A DNA stretch of 63,713 bases, counting the filler, from Pelomyxa schiedti (lineage: Eukaryota > Protista > Evosea), in NCBI GenBank assembly GCA_020536535.1. It is 12 parts of 12 records of this genome, joined end to end, with 100 filler letters (N's around TTAATTAATTAA, not from the genome) between each part and the next. Parts side by side here need not be neighbours in the genome. Positions count along the whole stretch, not along the records: positions 1 to 16,577 come from JAHLWZ010000060.1; positions 16,678 to 18,309 come from JAHLWZ010002369.1; positions 18,410 to 20,134 come from JAHLWZ010002303.1; positions 20,235 to 41,186 come from JAHLWZ010000317.1; 8 more parts are not named here. The stretch is one strand, 5' to 3'. This document shows, piece after piece, positions 12,007 through 23,577 of the stretch. The stretch's first letter is position 1. Every line of letters begins with the position of its first letter. The translations under genes and the position numbers were made by a program. The notes below the pieces were generated by a model. It was not told where the DNA came from, searched no databases, and saw only the letters and a program-made list of their open reading frames with translations.

Positions 12007-13667
12007 ATGGGACGACACGGGTTCAAACCACACGTGAGAAATTGCGACGCCGAATAAGCGACACTGTAGTAATGTGGGATTTTATGTACCCTTTGTAGGG
12101 ATTCGTGAACCCGATTGTTATTGCGCGAATGAAACAAATGAAACAACCAAAGTATACTGGCCCTACTCTCAAGGACTACTTGGTAACGCTGTGCTCGATT
12201 TCACTGAGATGCGTGCTTCTTATTTTTTTTTTTGATAGACCAGCTCTTCCCGTCCCAGCTGGGACCTTGTGAAAGCGAAAATGCAACTGAAGGACAAAAC
12301 TGCCTTGGAAATAAACTCGTGCGAAGAGCGAGAACTAATGCATCATAGGGACTTACTGGCCAGGGATAGGCGTGTAATTCCCATTCCGTTATTTCCCTTT
12401 ACCAACTTCCTTTGTCCTCTTCACCCTCCCCCCTTTTTCTTTGATTCCATTTTGATGTGATATGTATTGTAAACTCTGGACTTCGTTGTGTACTTCAGAG
12501 AACGCATTCTTGGCTACCATACAGACAAAAAAAATAAACATAAACACACCCACAAACACAAAAAATCCAAAGGTGAAAAAGATACCACTCCGAAGACAGA
12601 ACGCTGTCCGAATTTTGATGCGCGCGCAAATGAGACCCTCCCACAGACGGCAACTGCACCCCCTCCAAAGAGGAAGCGAATTGGAGAAGGACCTATCAAA
12701 CTCAGTGAGTTTATCAGGGATGCAAAGGCAGAAATTGATTTCAGTGACTCTGATGAACAGGGTACCGTTCCTTCTGAGGAAAAAGAGAGCCGTTTGCCTG
12801 GCTTCTCACATGTTCGTGATGCAAAACAATCGGAACAGCGAGAGCTGCCTCTAGTGTCAGAACAATCTTTCACAACATTTTCGAACATAGTTACTGCCGG
12901 TAATGCACCCGACGTACAAGACCGCAATTTGCCTACAATGCCTGTGGGCCAAGCTGCGATAGAATTGAAGGCAAAAGCCGTTACAATGCACGACACCCCA
13001 AAACTTCCTAGGAAGTCTCACAATCCACTTGCGGGAGTAGCTGCAGCAACTGCTATGGCACTCCATCTCAATGTCATACACAATTGTGCCGAGTTTGCAG
13101 ATTCAAGCCATTTACTAGGTGATCCCCTTGTCACGGCTGCTATACGTGCAGCAGAGATTGTTTCCAAGCATACTACTGTGTGTCCAGCCCTTTTCCCTTT
13201 ACCACATCTCACATCCATCTAAGACAGTGGTCGACCCTCTTTCTGTTGCTGCTGCACATGCTGCCGAGATTAATGCGAAGCTAAATTCCGCGGACAAAGC
13301 ATCACATACCGTGACTAGCACAACCACGCCGGTAGTAATACCGGAAGTTTCTACTTCACATAATAGCAGATGGGATAACAAACTTCCTCCCCCCTCCCCG
13401 CACATATCACCAAAATCCAACCAACAACAGCAACAACTATCGCTCCACCTCCCTTCGCCCTATACAGTTCCGATGCCAATTCCACTTACAAGCCCAATCC
13501 CAATTACACTCCCATTCTCACAACAACCTCCACGAATACCAGTCCCACTAACAACAGCACAAATGGCGCAACAACCACCCCGCATTCCCATAAGTATAAT
13601 GCGGGCCCAAGCACAAGCCGCAGCACTGGCGGCCCTCATGAGGCCGGCACTCCAACACCCACCGTGA
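12007..13667 (+). CDS. FAM133-like protein with long low-complexity C-terminus (multi-exon)
   Basis: Spliced N-terminus MGRHGFKPH|GFVNPIVIARM...GPTLKDYL...PSWDLVK resembles the FAM133 motif NPIAMAR..GPTIQDYL..PTWEEVK; followed by a Lys/His-rich stretch. Confidence 0.65.
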
Positions 13668-13863
13668 ATAAAATATTTTTTTTTTGTTAATTCTACGACT
13701 GAGATTTTTGCAATTGTTTGTACGTTTTGAGACTTAGCGTAAGGGCGAAATTCCCAAAATCTTCAAAATTTAACAAAAGTGTAAGGCAGAGGCGGTGTGT
13801 CGTGGTGTGCGGCGGATCTAGATCTGCGGTTGTTGTCGCCGTTAGTAACGCGCTTTTGAGGTC

Positions 13864-15373
13864 TCACCAGTTTGTGAAGAAGGCGACAAGTGCGAAGTTT
13901 CCGCCGCGAAACCAGTCAATGTCCAGCGCGTTGGAGACGATCACGTCATACTCCTGGTTTTGATTTTGCATTTGCTGGTGCTGGTGGTTGTTGGTGGTGC
14001 GCGGCGATGTGCTGTTTGAATGCGTGCCGGTTGGCGTTGGAGGTGTGGAGGGTCGCGGAGACCGCAGTGGCATGCGCGAATTGGACAAGTAGTGGTAGCC
14101 AAGTGCGAGGCTCAGAGTGGCTTCTTTGGGATCCCGGAATGTCAGTACACTGACAAAGCTCTCTGGAGAAGAAGGAATAAGAGAAAGCGAGTGCATATAA
14201 GCAAGTGCGTACGGTCGCTGGCGAGTTGTACATGATACTTCACTCCTGGCGTGTAGCGTTTAAGGAGATTGTGCCACCCAACAGACAAGGCCGCTCTTTG
14301 CTCTGAAGTAATATTCCACTTTGAAACGAGCACTATTACGCCTACTCCTATCCCTGTAAACAGTTATGCGATCATACAAGATAAATGAACTCACGTGGTG
14401 GAGAAAATTGCTCTACACAGCTCAGGAGTGCGTTATACTGAGAAGTTTGTTTAACTATCATTTCTATCAGAGCACGCGGCATCGAGGAACAGAACGCTGT
14501 TCGAGGCGAAGATTCACAGGTAATAAGCGAGGAGCCGTCTGGATTGATAGCCAAAGGGTTTTGAGCGGGAGGAGGCAGCTGCAGGGGTGTTATTGGTCTA
14601 TGACGTGATTCCTCTATAGGAGCGCACTGAGCTGCCGGGGAGTTCTCCTTTACACCAACACCTTGGGGACAAGAGCTCTCTCGTAGTAATAGTGGTGTCA
14701 TAGACTGGATAACTGGAGAATAGTCCATTGCCCGGGGTGACAGTCCCCGTAGCGCCGGCGAATGACTGACAGGCGGGGTTAATGGCATCTTCCACTCAGA
14801 TAAGCCTGGAGGAGTGCGCGATGGACTCAGAGTAGGCGCGGAGCGCGCCCGGGCATGTGGAATGTCAATGAGCTTGAACGGGAGAGACTTGAGTACACCA
14901 CCCGGTAAGCCTGATACAGCAATTTGAATTGTACATTTAAGATGCCTATGACCCAGATTAGAAGGAGAGTGGGAATGGAAAACATACTCATCTGTGTTGT
15001 GACACCTTCCGCTACATTGTGAGAACTCGAAAAATTCCCTCCCGTTAGTACCAAGCAAGGGTTGGGAATCCCTTTCCGTGTGAATCCTAATCAAACTCTT
15101 ATTTGATGGACAGCATTGCAAACATTGAGCTTCTTTAATAACAGTAAGTATATGTTCCCATTTCCACCCTTATTCAACTTCAAGTAGTGTTTACTCACAA
15201 AGTTGGGAACCAACCTTCATAAGGGGGCTCGGTAAGATGACACTTTGCTGACAGGCCTGCACTCCACACCTTGTTTTCACTTACTGTTGGCCTGATGTCC
15301 CTCCAACCAACTGGTGGAAATATAGTCATCTACATAGGCATAGGCATATGATCCTGGTCACTCCCAACTAATA
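13864..15373 (-). CDS. Multi-exon hypothetical protein with Cys/His-containing beta-rich domain; weak resemblance to amoebozoan CudA-type DNA-binding domains
   Basis: 249-aa ORF 14372-15121 (CLQCC...C.GRC...HLKCTIQIAV...SLPFKL) plus flanking exon-like segments; boundaries uncertain. Confidence 0.45.
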
Positions 15374-15473
15374 NNNNNNNNNNNNNNNNNNNNNNNNNNN
15401 NNNNNNNNNNNNNNNNNNNNNNNNNNNNNNNNNNNNNNNNNNNNNNNNNNNNNNNNNNNNNNNNNNNNNNNNN

Positions 15474-16577
15474 TGGCGTGTAGCGTTTAAGGAGATTGTG
15501 CCACCCAACAGACAAGGCCGCTCTTTGCTCTGAAGTAATATTCCACTTTGAAACGAGCACTATTACGCCTACTCCTATCCCTGTAAACAGTTATTCGATA
15601 TACAAGATAAATCAACTCACGTGGTGGAGAAAATTGCTCTACACAGCTCAGGAGTGCGTTATACTGAGAGGTTTGTTTAACTATCATTTCTATCAGAGCA
15701 CGCGGCATCGAGGAATAGAATGCTGTTCGAGGCGATGATTCGGAGGTAATAAGCGAGGAGCCGTCTGGATTGATAGCTAAAGGGTTTTGAGCGGGAGGAG
15801 GCAACTGCAGGGGTGTTATTGGTCTATGACGTGATTCCTCTATAGGAGCACACTGAGCTGCCGGGGAGTTCTCCTTTACACCAACACCTTGGGGACAAGA
15901 GCTCTCTCGTAGTAATAGTGGTGTCATAGAGTGGATAACTGGAGAATAATCCATTGCCCGGGGTGACAGTCCCCGTAGCGCCGGCGAATGACTGACAGGT
16001 GGGGTTAATGGCATCTTCCACTCAGATGAGCCTGGAGGAGTGCGCGATGGACTCAAAGTAGGCGCGGAGCGCGCCCGGGCATGTGGAATGTCAATGAGCT
16101 TGAACGGGAGAGACTTGAGTACACCACCCGGTAAGCCATATACAACAATTTGAATTGTACATTTAAGATGCCTAAGAACCACATGAGAAGGAGAGTGGGA
16201 ATGGTAAACATACTCATCTGTGTTGTGACACCTTCCGCTACATTGTGAGAACTGGAAAAATTCCCTCCCGTCAGTACCAAGCAAAGGTTGGGAATCCCTT
16301 TCCGTGTGAATCCTAATCAAACTCTTATTTGATGGACAGCATTGCAAACATTGAGCTTCTTTAATAACAGTAAGTATCATTTCCTCCCTTATTCAACTCA
16401 TCAAAAGTCGGAACCAACCTTCATAAGGGGGCTCGGTAAGATGACACTTTGCTGAAAGGCCTGCACTCCACACCTTGTTTTCACTTACTGTTGGCCTGAT
16501 GTCCCTCCAACCAACTGGTGGAAATATAGTCATCTACATAGGCATAGGCATATGATCCTGGTCACTCCCAACTAATA
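15474..16577 (-). repeat. Second, slightly divergent copy of ~14266-15373 across a 100-N gap (allelic haplotype or tandem paralog)
   Basis: Colinear with scattered substitutions and an intronic indel; both copies end at the same sequence (ctcccaactaata). Confidence 0.85.
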
Positions 16578-16677
16578 NNNNNNNNNNNNNNNNNNNNNNN
16601 NNNNNNNNNNNNNNNNNNNNNTTAATTAATTAANNNNNNNNNNNNNNNNNNNNNNNNNNNNNNNNNNNNNNNNNNNN
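16578..16677. other. Artificial contig linker; the same linker occurs at 18310-18409, 20135-20234, 41187-41286, 43813-43912, 46766-46865, 53044-53143, 54234-54333, 56841-56940, 58025-58124, 62474-62573
   Basis: N44-TTAATTAATTAA-N44 (stop codons in all six frames), 11 identical occurrences. Confidence 0.99.
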
Positions 16678-17055
16678 CCAAGTGTGACTCGTTCAGCCTC
16701 GCCCTCACGTTCTGGAATGCCCTCCTTCCCCCATCCCACAAGTTCATCGGGAGCAGGCTGAATGGCGACATGGCCAGGTTCACCGCCGAATCCCTCGCGG
16801 CATCGTTCCCTCTGCCCCCTCCTTTCTCCACCCCTCCCACCAGCAACACCACCACATCAGCACGATCATCATCCACAGCAAGCAATGCACCCGATGACCC
16901 GAGAGTGGAGTGCCTCACACGGGTAATGCTGGGAATGATGCACCCACAACAGTCTCTGAGGATGTCAGCTGCGCAGGCAATCACCACAATCGCCCCACTT
17001 GTGGCCACCATCACCTCGTGATTCAAAAATTGTTTTGAATTTTTTCAACGGCTAG

Positions 17056-18168
17056 ATGCCGCAGAGCCACGCCACTATCATGACACGGGACCAAATGGCG
17101 GCACTGGCCGCGGGGATCCACCCCAGGTGCGGCAGCCGAGGCGCCCTGCTCGCGATTATGGGACCCCACCACGCCCACCACCTCGTGCGCGACCTTGTGT
17201 GGTCCGGCCTCGTGCTCCCCACCCTCACCCTGTTCATCCTCCTCCTCCCACAATGATGATGATGGGGACTCAGGCTGGTGTGTCACCGTTGGTGTTGTGT
17301 CCATGAGTGCCGTGATTGCAGTTGCTTCCAGCTCTGCTGTCGGCAGTGAAGAAATTGAGTGCGGTGATGGTGAGAGTGGTGGATGTTTCGTTTTTGTGAC
17401 CATGAAGGTGCTTTCCAATGCAGTGGTGAATGTGCACATGGTCCATGTGACAGTGAGGCAATCATCACACAGGGCACGGCGAAGAGGGCTGTGATGTCTG
17501 TTGTGGACTTGGAGCAGACATACAAAGGCAGGAGCCTGGTGGTTGTGAGCACAACGACGTGGCCTCTTCCTGATGGTCACTCGTTTCTTGGTTCTGTTGT
17601 GATGAGGAGGAGAAGGAAGAGTTCTAATGGAGCATCTCCACGACGAGTTTTCATTGCGAAGACTTTCTCGGATCAGAGAGGTTGTGCATTATTCCGCGTT
17701 GATGAGCAGCAGACAGCCTCGGAGTATAACTTAATAACACTTCCGGGTGGTCACGACGTGGTCGATGTGTATCCAGTGACACTATCACTGTTCTGGTGTG
17801 TGTCATTCGACAGCTGCGACCCACAAAAGAAGAGAAGATACACTGTGTGTGACTGTGATGATGTTGAGCACCCAGTGCTCGTTCAGGAGTTATGCAGCAG
17901 CGACCATGGCTGGATGGCTGCAGAGGGTGGTTTCCTCTTCGGTGTGGGAAGTAACAGGATTGAGGTTCTTGAGCCAACAAGTGGTGGTGTTGTCCTTGCA
18001 ATCAAATTTCCTGGGTTCAGTTGCCTCGACCTCATGAGCATCCCTTTTCCTGTTGCCTGTCCACTGAAAAACCATAACCAAAACCATGAATATTTACTCA
18101 TGAGCATAAAAAAAACTGTCACTTCAGTCAACCACAACACCGGCTCTGGGTGGCGGTTGGAATTCTGA
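17056..18168 (+). pseudogene. Frameshifted, internally shortened member of the expanded family
   Basis: RDQMAALAAGIHPRCGSRG N-terminal motif in one frame; VVDLEQTY...AEGGFLF...IEVLEPTSGGVVL in another; three overlapping frames needed. Confidence 0.65.
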
Positions 18169-18429
18169 ATCGCCGTTTCACAATTCTGCATTTGCTCAGC
18201 CGGGTTCTTGGAAAACATCATTTCTAATTTGATGAAGGTCGGCAGGGCGGGAGGAGGTGGAGAGCACGAGGAGTCCGTGGTGTGTTGCGGTGTGTGCGGG
18301 AGGCTCTACNNNNNNNNNNNNNNNNNNNNNNNNNNNNNNNNNNNNNNNNNNNNTTAATTAATTAANNNNNNNNNNNNNNNNNNNNNNNNNNNNNNNNNNN
18401 NNNNNNNNNCGTCAGTAACGGTTGCGCCG

Positions 18430-19719
18430 ATGACCCCTCCAAAGACCATATTTTCCGTGGACTCTGCAGAATTTACCCCGTTTAGAATGAAGCCCACTTC
18501 ACCTTCTTGCACTTTCCGCGTCGACGCACCCGAGTTCTCTCCATCTGGGGACTTCTGTAAGAAAAGCTCCAAGACTTCTGGTTCTCCGCCGAACAGTGCC
18601 TCAACCACTGCCGTAGCATCACCTCAAACTACACCATTGGTCCTTTCACGCACTGCTGACCCTCCACCCACCATAACAATCGAAAAACCGGCAGTACAAG
18701 ACTCCACCCTCACCCCAGATGCGAGCCAAGAGGCTCATAATGTGACCAACTCGGGACATCCTTCATTCAACGTTCCTGTGACGTCGAGCGCACCAACAAC
18801 TCCAACACGCAACCAGCCCCTTCTTGTCGCCGCTCGATCTCTTAATGTAGAGAACGCCCCTTCACCATCGGTTGCGATAGCAGTCACACAAACACCCACT
18901 TCGCCAAAAAGCCCTGGCTTGTCACCCAATGACCGTCTCTTCAAACATCCCCTGGAACATCGATGGGTCATGTGGTACGACAACTCACAGCGGAAGGAGA
19001 TCAACCAACAAAATTGGGGAGAGGGATTGAAAAGTCTACTGGATTTTGGCTATGTGGAAGATTTTTGGGGGTGAGTCTTTCACTTTTACACTCCCGTTCT
19101 TATTTTTCTGATTGCAATACATAAAGGATGTACAACAACCTGTATCCCCCAGGAGCCCTTCCGGTTGGCTCCAATTACCATTTGTTCAAGGCAGGCATTG
19201 AACCCAAGTGGGAGGATCCAGCCAACACAGGAGGTGGGAAATGGATTGTGAATGTGGCAAAGAGACCGGACACCGCGGCGCTCAGCTTAGATTCATTGTG
19301 GTTAGAAACTGTATATAAGGCTATCTCCACTTTATACCCCTAATGGTTCCATGCAGATTCTCGCTTGTATTGGCGAACAGTTTGATGATGGCTCCGACAT
19401 GATATGCGGTGCCGTTGTTAGCACCCGAAAGCAGCTGGATAGGATAGGTAAGTCCCGCTCTTAGAACCTCATTTTTTTGAGTAACCATCCTGAAGCTCTT
19501 TGGACAAAGGAGGACCGGTCTGGAGTGGAAATGATAAGAAAGATTGGGTGCGTGCTGCTTGGCCCATCAGGCCTTAATTTTACTTACACTCTCCACAGGC
19601 AAACTCTGAAATCCAAGCTTGGACTTCCGGCAAGCATGGTAATCAGTTACGGCACTCACACAGATGCCAGAGCCTCCAATAGCAGCTACTTTCGCCTTCA
19701 TTCAAATTTGGAACTTTGA
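18430..19719 (+). CDS. eIF4E: eIF4E cap-binding protein with long N-terminal extension (multi-exon; 5' end may be truncated)
   Basis: HPLEHRWVMWYD, VEDFWG|MYNN, YHLFKAGIEPKWED..N.GGGKW, LWLET|ILACIGEQF, ICGAVVS, ALWTK. Confidence 0.95.
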
Positions 19720-20234
19720 TAAGGGCCGTGCCATAGGCCTTAAGATTGGGCACTCACTTTTTATTTTATTTTGGCAGAAAAGGAACTGTTCTCTGTACCC
19801 TGGAAGGGAAAATTCTGAGGTGTCTGGACCACATCTGGGCCAGAGACGTTCTACGGTTCGTGGTCTTTCCAGCCTCTGAGGAGCATCACATTAAAAGTTG
19901 TACAACATTTGATGGGAAAGTTCCGAGTATTTTGTAAAGTGACGAAAGGGTTTGTGCGGTCGTACTTGCGGGCGTTGTTGTTTGAACGGCGAAACGAACT
20001 TATGGGGGCCACAACTCCGGCATAATTAATAATTAACAACCTTGAAAAATAACTTCAGTCATAACAGCACCACTGCGGACTCTTCGAAGAAAGCATTGAG
20101 GTGTAGGAATATGAGTCCTCTTTCTCTTCCTCTTNNNNNNNNNNNNNNNNNNNNNNNNNNNNNNNNNNNNNNNNNNNNTTAATTAATTAANNNNNNNNNN
20201 NNNNNNNNNNNNNNNNNNNNNNNNNNNNNNNNNN

Positions 20235-22162
20235 GTGATAACTGTAGTGTTGTGCATGGGGAACACACTGGTGCTATACAGCTGTTCACAGAGACAATAC
20301 ACTCAGATGTCATTCCTACTGGTTGCTGGCTTCATGTTCTCAATCTTGCTCTTGTAAATGCACTTGACAAAACCTTTGGAGAACAACTCAGAAAGCAGCT
20401 TCATGTCAACCAAGACATTGCACCTTCATTGGTGTTCTTCTTGTACTCTTGCTGGTATTTATCCCACAAAGCAATTAACTCCAAGGTCTGGAAAGTTTCT
20501 TTTACTGAGTTTTGTAAAGAAAACAAAATTGAGGTAAAGTTACCTTCATTCTAAGACACCTGGACTGACATTGATAGATCCCTGATTTCAAAGCCATACA
20601 CCAACCTGTTCTCACAAGGTGGAAAACTGTGATTGAGGCAAATGCTTGGGTATTAGAACACCGGGAAGCATTGGCTCCCTTTTTCCGGTACATCTACTAC
20701 AACTGGAGATCCACAGAACGGGTGAAACAGTTTACTGCTGCCTCATTAGAGAAGTGGCTTTCAGATCCAAACTTGATGATTCAGCAGCTCATCTTACTGG
20801 ATTTCTCCCGCTCTATCTTTGACTTGGCCTACAAGTTAGCTGAGGGAGCTTCAACAGCACCAGTGTTTTTACCATCAGGGAAACCCATCAACTTGCCTGC
20901 TGGGTTCAAGGCACATTTGATGGCCTCTGAAGTATGTAGGCTCAAAAAACGACTTGCTGTGTGGATGCATACTTTTCAAGTGTGGCACTCCACTTTCCAG
21001 AAAACCCTGATGGAATCATCAGCACTGGACGTGAGCTGGCAACCAAATTCCTCACTGTGTTCCAAGCTAGTATCACCACTCATGGTGACAGATGGTTAGA
21101 GTTCCCCCAAATCTGCAGCTCATTGGGACATCCTTCAGATGAGACCTCACAGTTAATTGCTGAAACTGTTGTGACCATTGTTGAGGGGCACATTCTGTCT
21201 GATGATTTGTTGCACAATCCACTTGTAGCAAGGTTGGTAACCACACCAGCAAGCACAATCTGTGCCTTCTTTCAAAACTGGGCTCCAGGGGCTCCTTGGA
21301 AAACTGAGCTCAAAAACTGGTATACAAGGCAAAGCATCACTGAAGGAGGTTTCCTTGATAAATTTCGTCGTTATTTCTGCTGGTGTCAGCCTCACACCAC
21401 ACAAATTGTTGAGGGTATGTTCAACAGATATGATGACCATTCTAGAAGAAGCAATGGAAACACCCACCACAAAACCATTGAGGATAAGCTTAAACACCAG
21501 GTAAACGTGGTTGAGCCATCAAAATCAGCTGCAATGACCAGCAACACTGAAGATCCACCAACAAAGAAACCATTCCATACTAATTATGAGCCTCTTCACG
21601 AATTGACTGAAGGTGTGCTCAGGGCAGCTGCTCATTGGTCATACGACCAGCTGAAAGCAGCTGAAAAAAAGCTGTTGTTTCATTCTTGTGTCACTGAAGA
21701 GCAGAGTTTATTTTCTGAGTTGTTGCATAAAATGTATGGTCTTGCTTCACCAGAGAAGCGATTGCCCCTTGTGGAATTCCAATTTCCCCCACCAAAACAT
21801 ACAGTTCCTCTTGCTGTGTTGGTACCAATAGCTCCACCACCTCTAAGAGATGATGACATACAACTCCTACCAACATGTGGTGTTCAAGAAGTACCTGAAA
21901 CTCCACCTTCTGTGACAACCACAACAACTTCAGTGCTAAAACCACCAAAAAAGGGTAGGTACCACAGTACACAGCACACTTGATATACTTCTGGAGAAGG
22001 GTGCCTCACCTGATGTGCCATACATACAGCAAGGATGGCACAACAATACTGTCATTCAGGGATCAGATTGCGGCAGGAGCCAAAGTTTCTGAATCGTTTG
22101 CACAGAAGCTTCTTGAACGTGGTCTTATGACAAAGGAACAAGTGGACAGAATTTGTGGTTAA
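20235..22162 (+). mobile_element. hAT-superfamily-like DDE transposase gene, intron-containing, 5' truncated
   Basis: DNCSVVHGEHTG (D..svm.G...G), CWLHVLNL (CxxH), LTRWKT (TRW) and PHTTQIVEGMFN (catalytic-Glu motif) in hAT order; GT-AG intron ~20534-20577; no TIR seen. Confidence 0.7.
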
Positions 22163-22214
22163 GAAAATGGATAGTCACACCTGTTTTTCTTTTTTCGTTG
22201 CAAGACAATCAGTG

Positions 22215-23278
22215 TTACATCTTTTTGTTGAATTTGAAGTGGGAGGAATCAAAGGTTACAGAGAAGTCACCAACATGGAACCCTGTAGAGCAATCATGCA
22301 CTGCAAATTTGATTGCAGAGGCACTGCGGTCTTTATTTGAACGGTGTGTTGTTGAGGCAATCAACTGTGACAGACCACCGAGGGAAGGAGCTGCCCAAGT
22401 GCAAGGGAAGCAAAGTGACGGTGCTGATGTGATGCTTCCAGTGTGGTACACTGCAAACTGGTCAGAAGCCCTCACGAATATGTGGCTGGTACCAACTGGA
22501 ATCACAGGCGTAGCCTGTGGAAACTGCACAAGACGCTTTCCTGTTGCATTTTCAACAATGGAATACAATAATGGTTCAGAAGAGTTGTGGTGCAATGTGC
22601 ACATAGAGCCATCAGGTCTCCAGATGATGCGGCAGGGATAGCTATCACCGAAAGGGACCTTTCTTGTCACAACCAGTTTCCCTTCATTTACACTGGCTTG
22701 CAAGTCACAAAACGTCACACATTTTTCTTCAGCCTCACACGAGGCAAACACCAGCAAAACGTCGTCACTGAATGGTGAAAATTGAAGGTTTCCAGCATGA
22801 ACACCCTCAAAGTGCCGCTCGCATCTCGCCGCATCACCCCCAAGTTCAGCAACCTGCCACACGTAAAGGGCCGCCCGGTTTGGGTGGAACCCCGTTATCC
22901 ACTTGCTGCTGCAACAAATCATACGGCACCGGGTCTCTGGCACCCACGCGACCTCCTTCGGAGCTTCCCCGCCGTCGCCGCCGACAACTTCATAGACGCC
23001 GTGGTCCGTGGCAGAGACCGCGGCGGCGTAGTGCGTCCTGACCAGGACCCTGTTGCTTCCAACACAGCCCTCGATGACGCCGGCGCCGTGGGACCACGAG
23101 TGCCTCACGACGCCCAGGGTCGGCGACACGCTCACGAAGGAAGCTCAGGAAGTGCTCGTCGATAGGGAGGTTGAACGCGGCCTCCTCTGAGGGCCTGAGG
23201 ACCCAGTCCTCGGCCCACTCCCTGAACGCGCAGGATGTCGACTGTATCCACTTCAACATCGACGGAGGAGGCCATCAT
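22215..23278 (-). pseudogene. Expanded-family member (subfamily of 468-1676) with apparent frameshifts near 23138 and 23270
   Basis: FREWAEDWVLRP is in a different frame from VSVSPTLGVVRHSW...FCDLQAS...FAVHDCSTGFHVG. Confidence 0.7.
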
Positions 23279-23577
23279 CTGCGCAAGTTGAAGCAAAGGC
23301 AGGCCGCGGAGCGCGGAGAAAAACCCGCCGAGAAAAAAGCACCAAATACTGCTTAGTGGCCTCGAGGCATCGCTGACATCACTGATATAAGCATCATTCC
23401 CGTAAGTGATGAGAAAAAAACTTTGTGAGGATGGTATTCCAATCCCCTGGTGAGTCTGCCAGTTCGTGCGAGGATTACAGCTAACAGCATTGTGGAGAAT
23501 CAAGGAAAGGCAATTTCCGCCCTTCTCCGAGTGCCTCTTCATTGAAGAATGAACCATCGATTTTGATTTAAACCAAA

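Noticed and set aside
16678-17026. Truncated minus-strand ORF at contig start
   Set aside because: Too short and lacking diagnostic motifs to assign.
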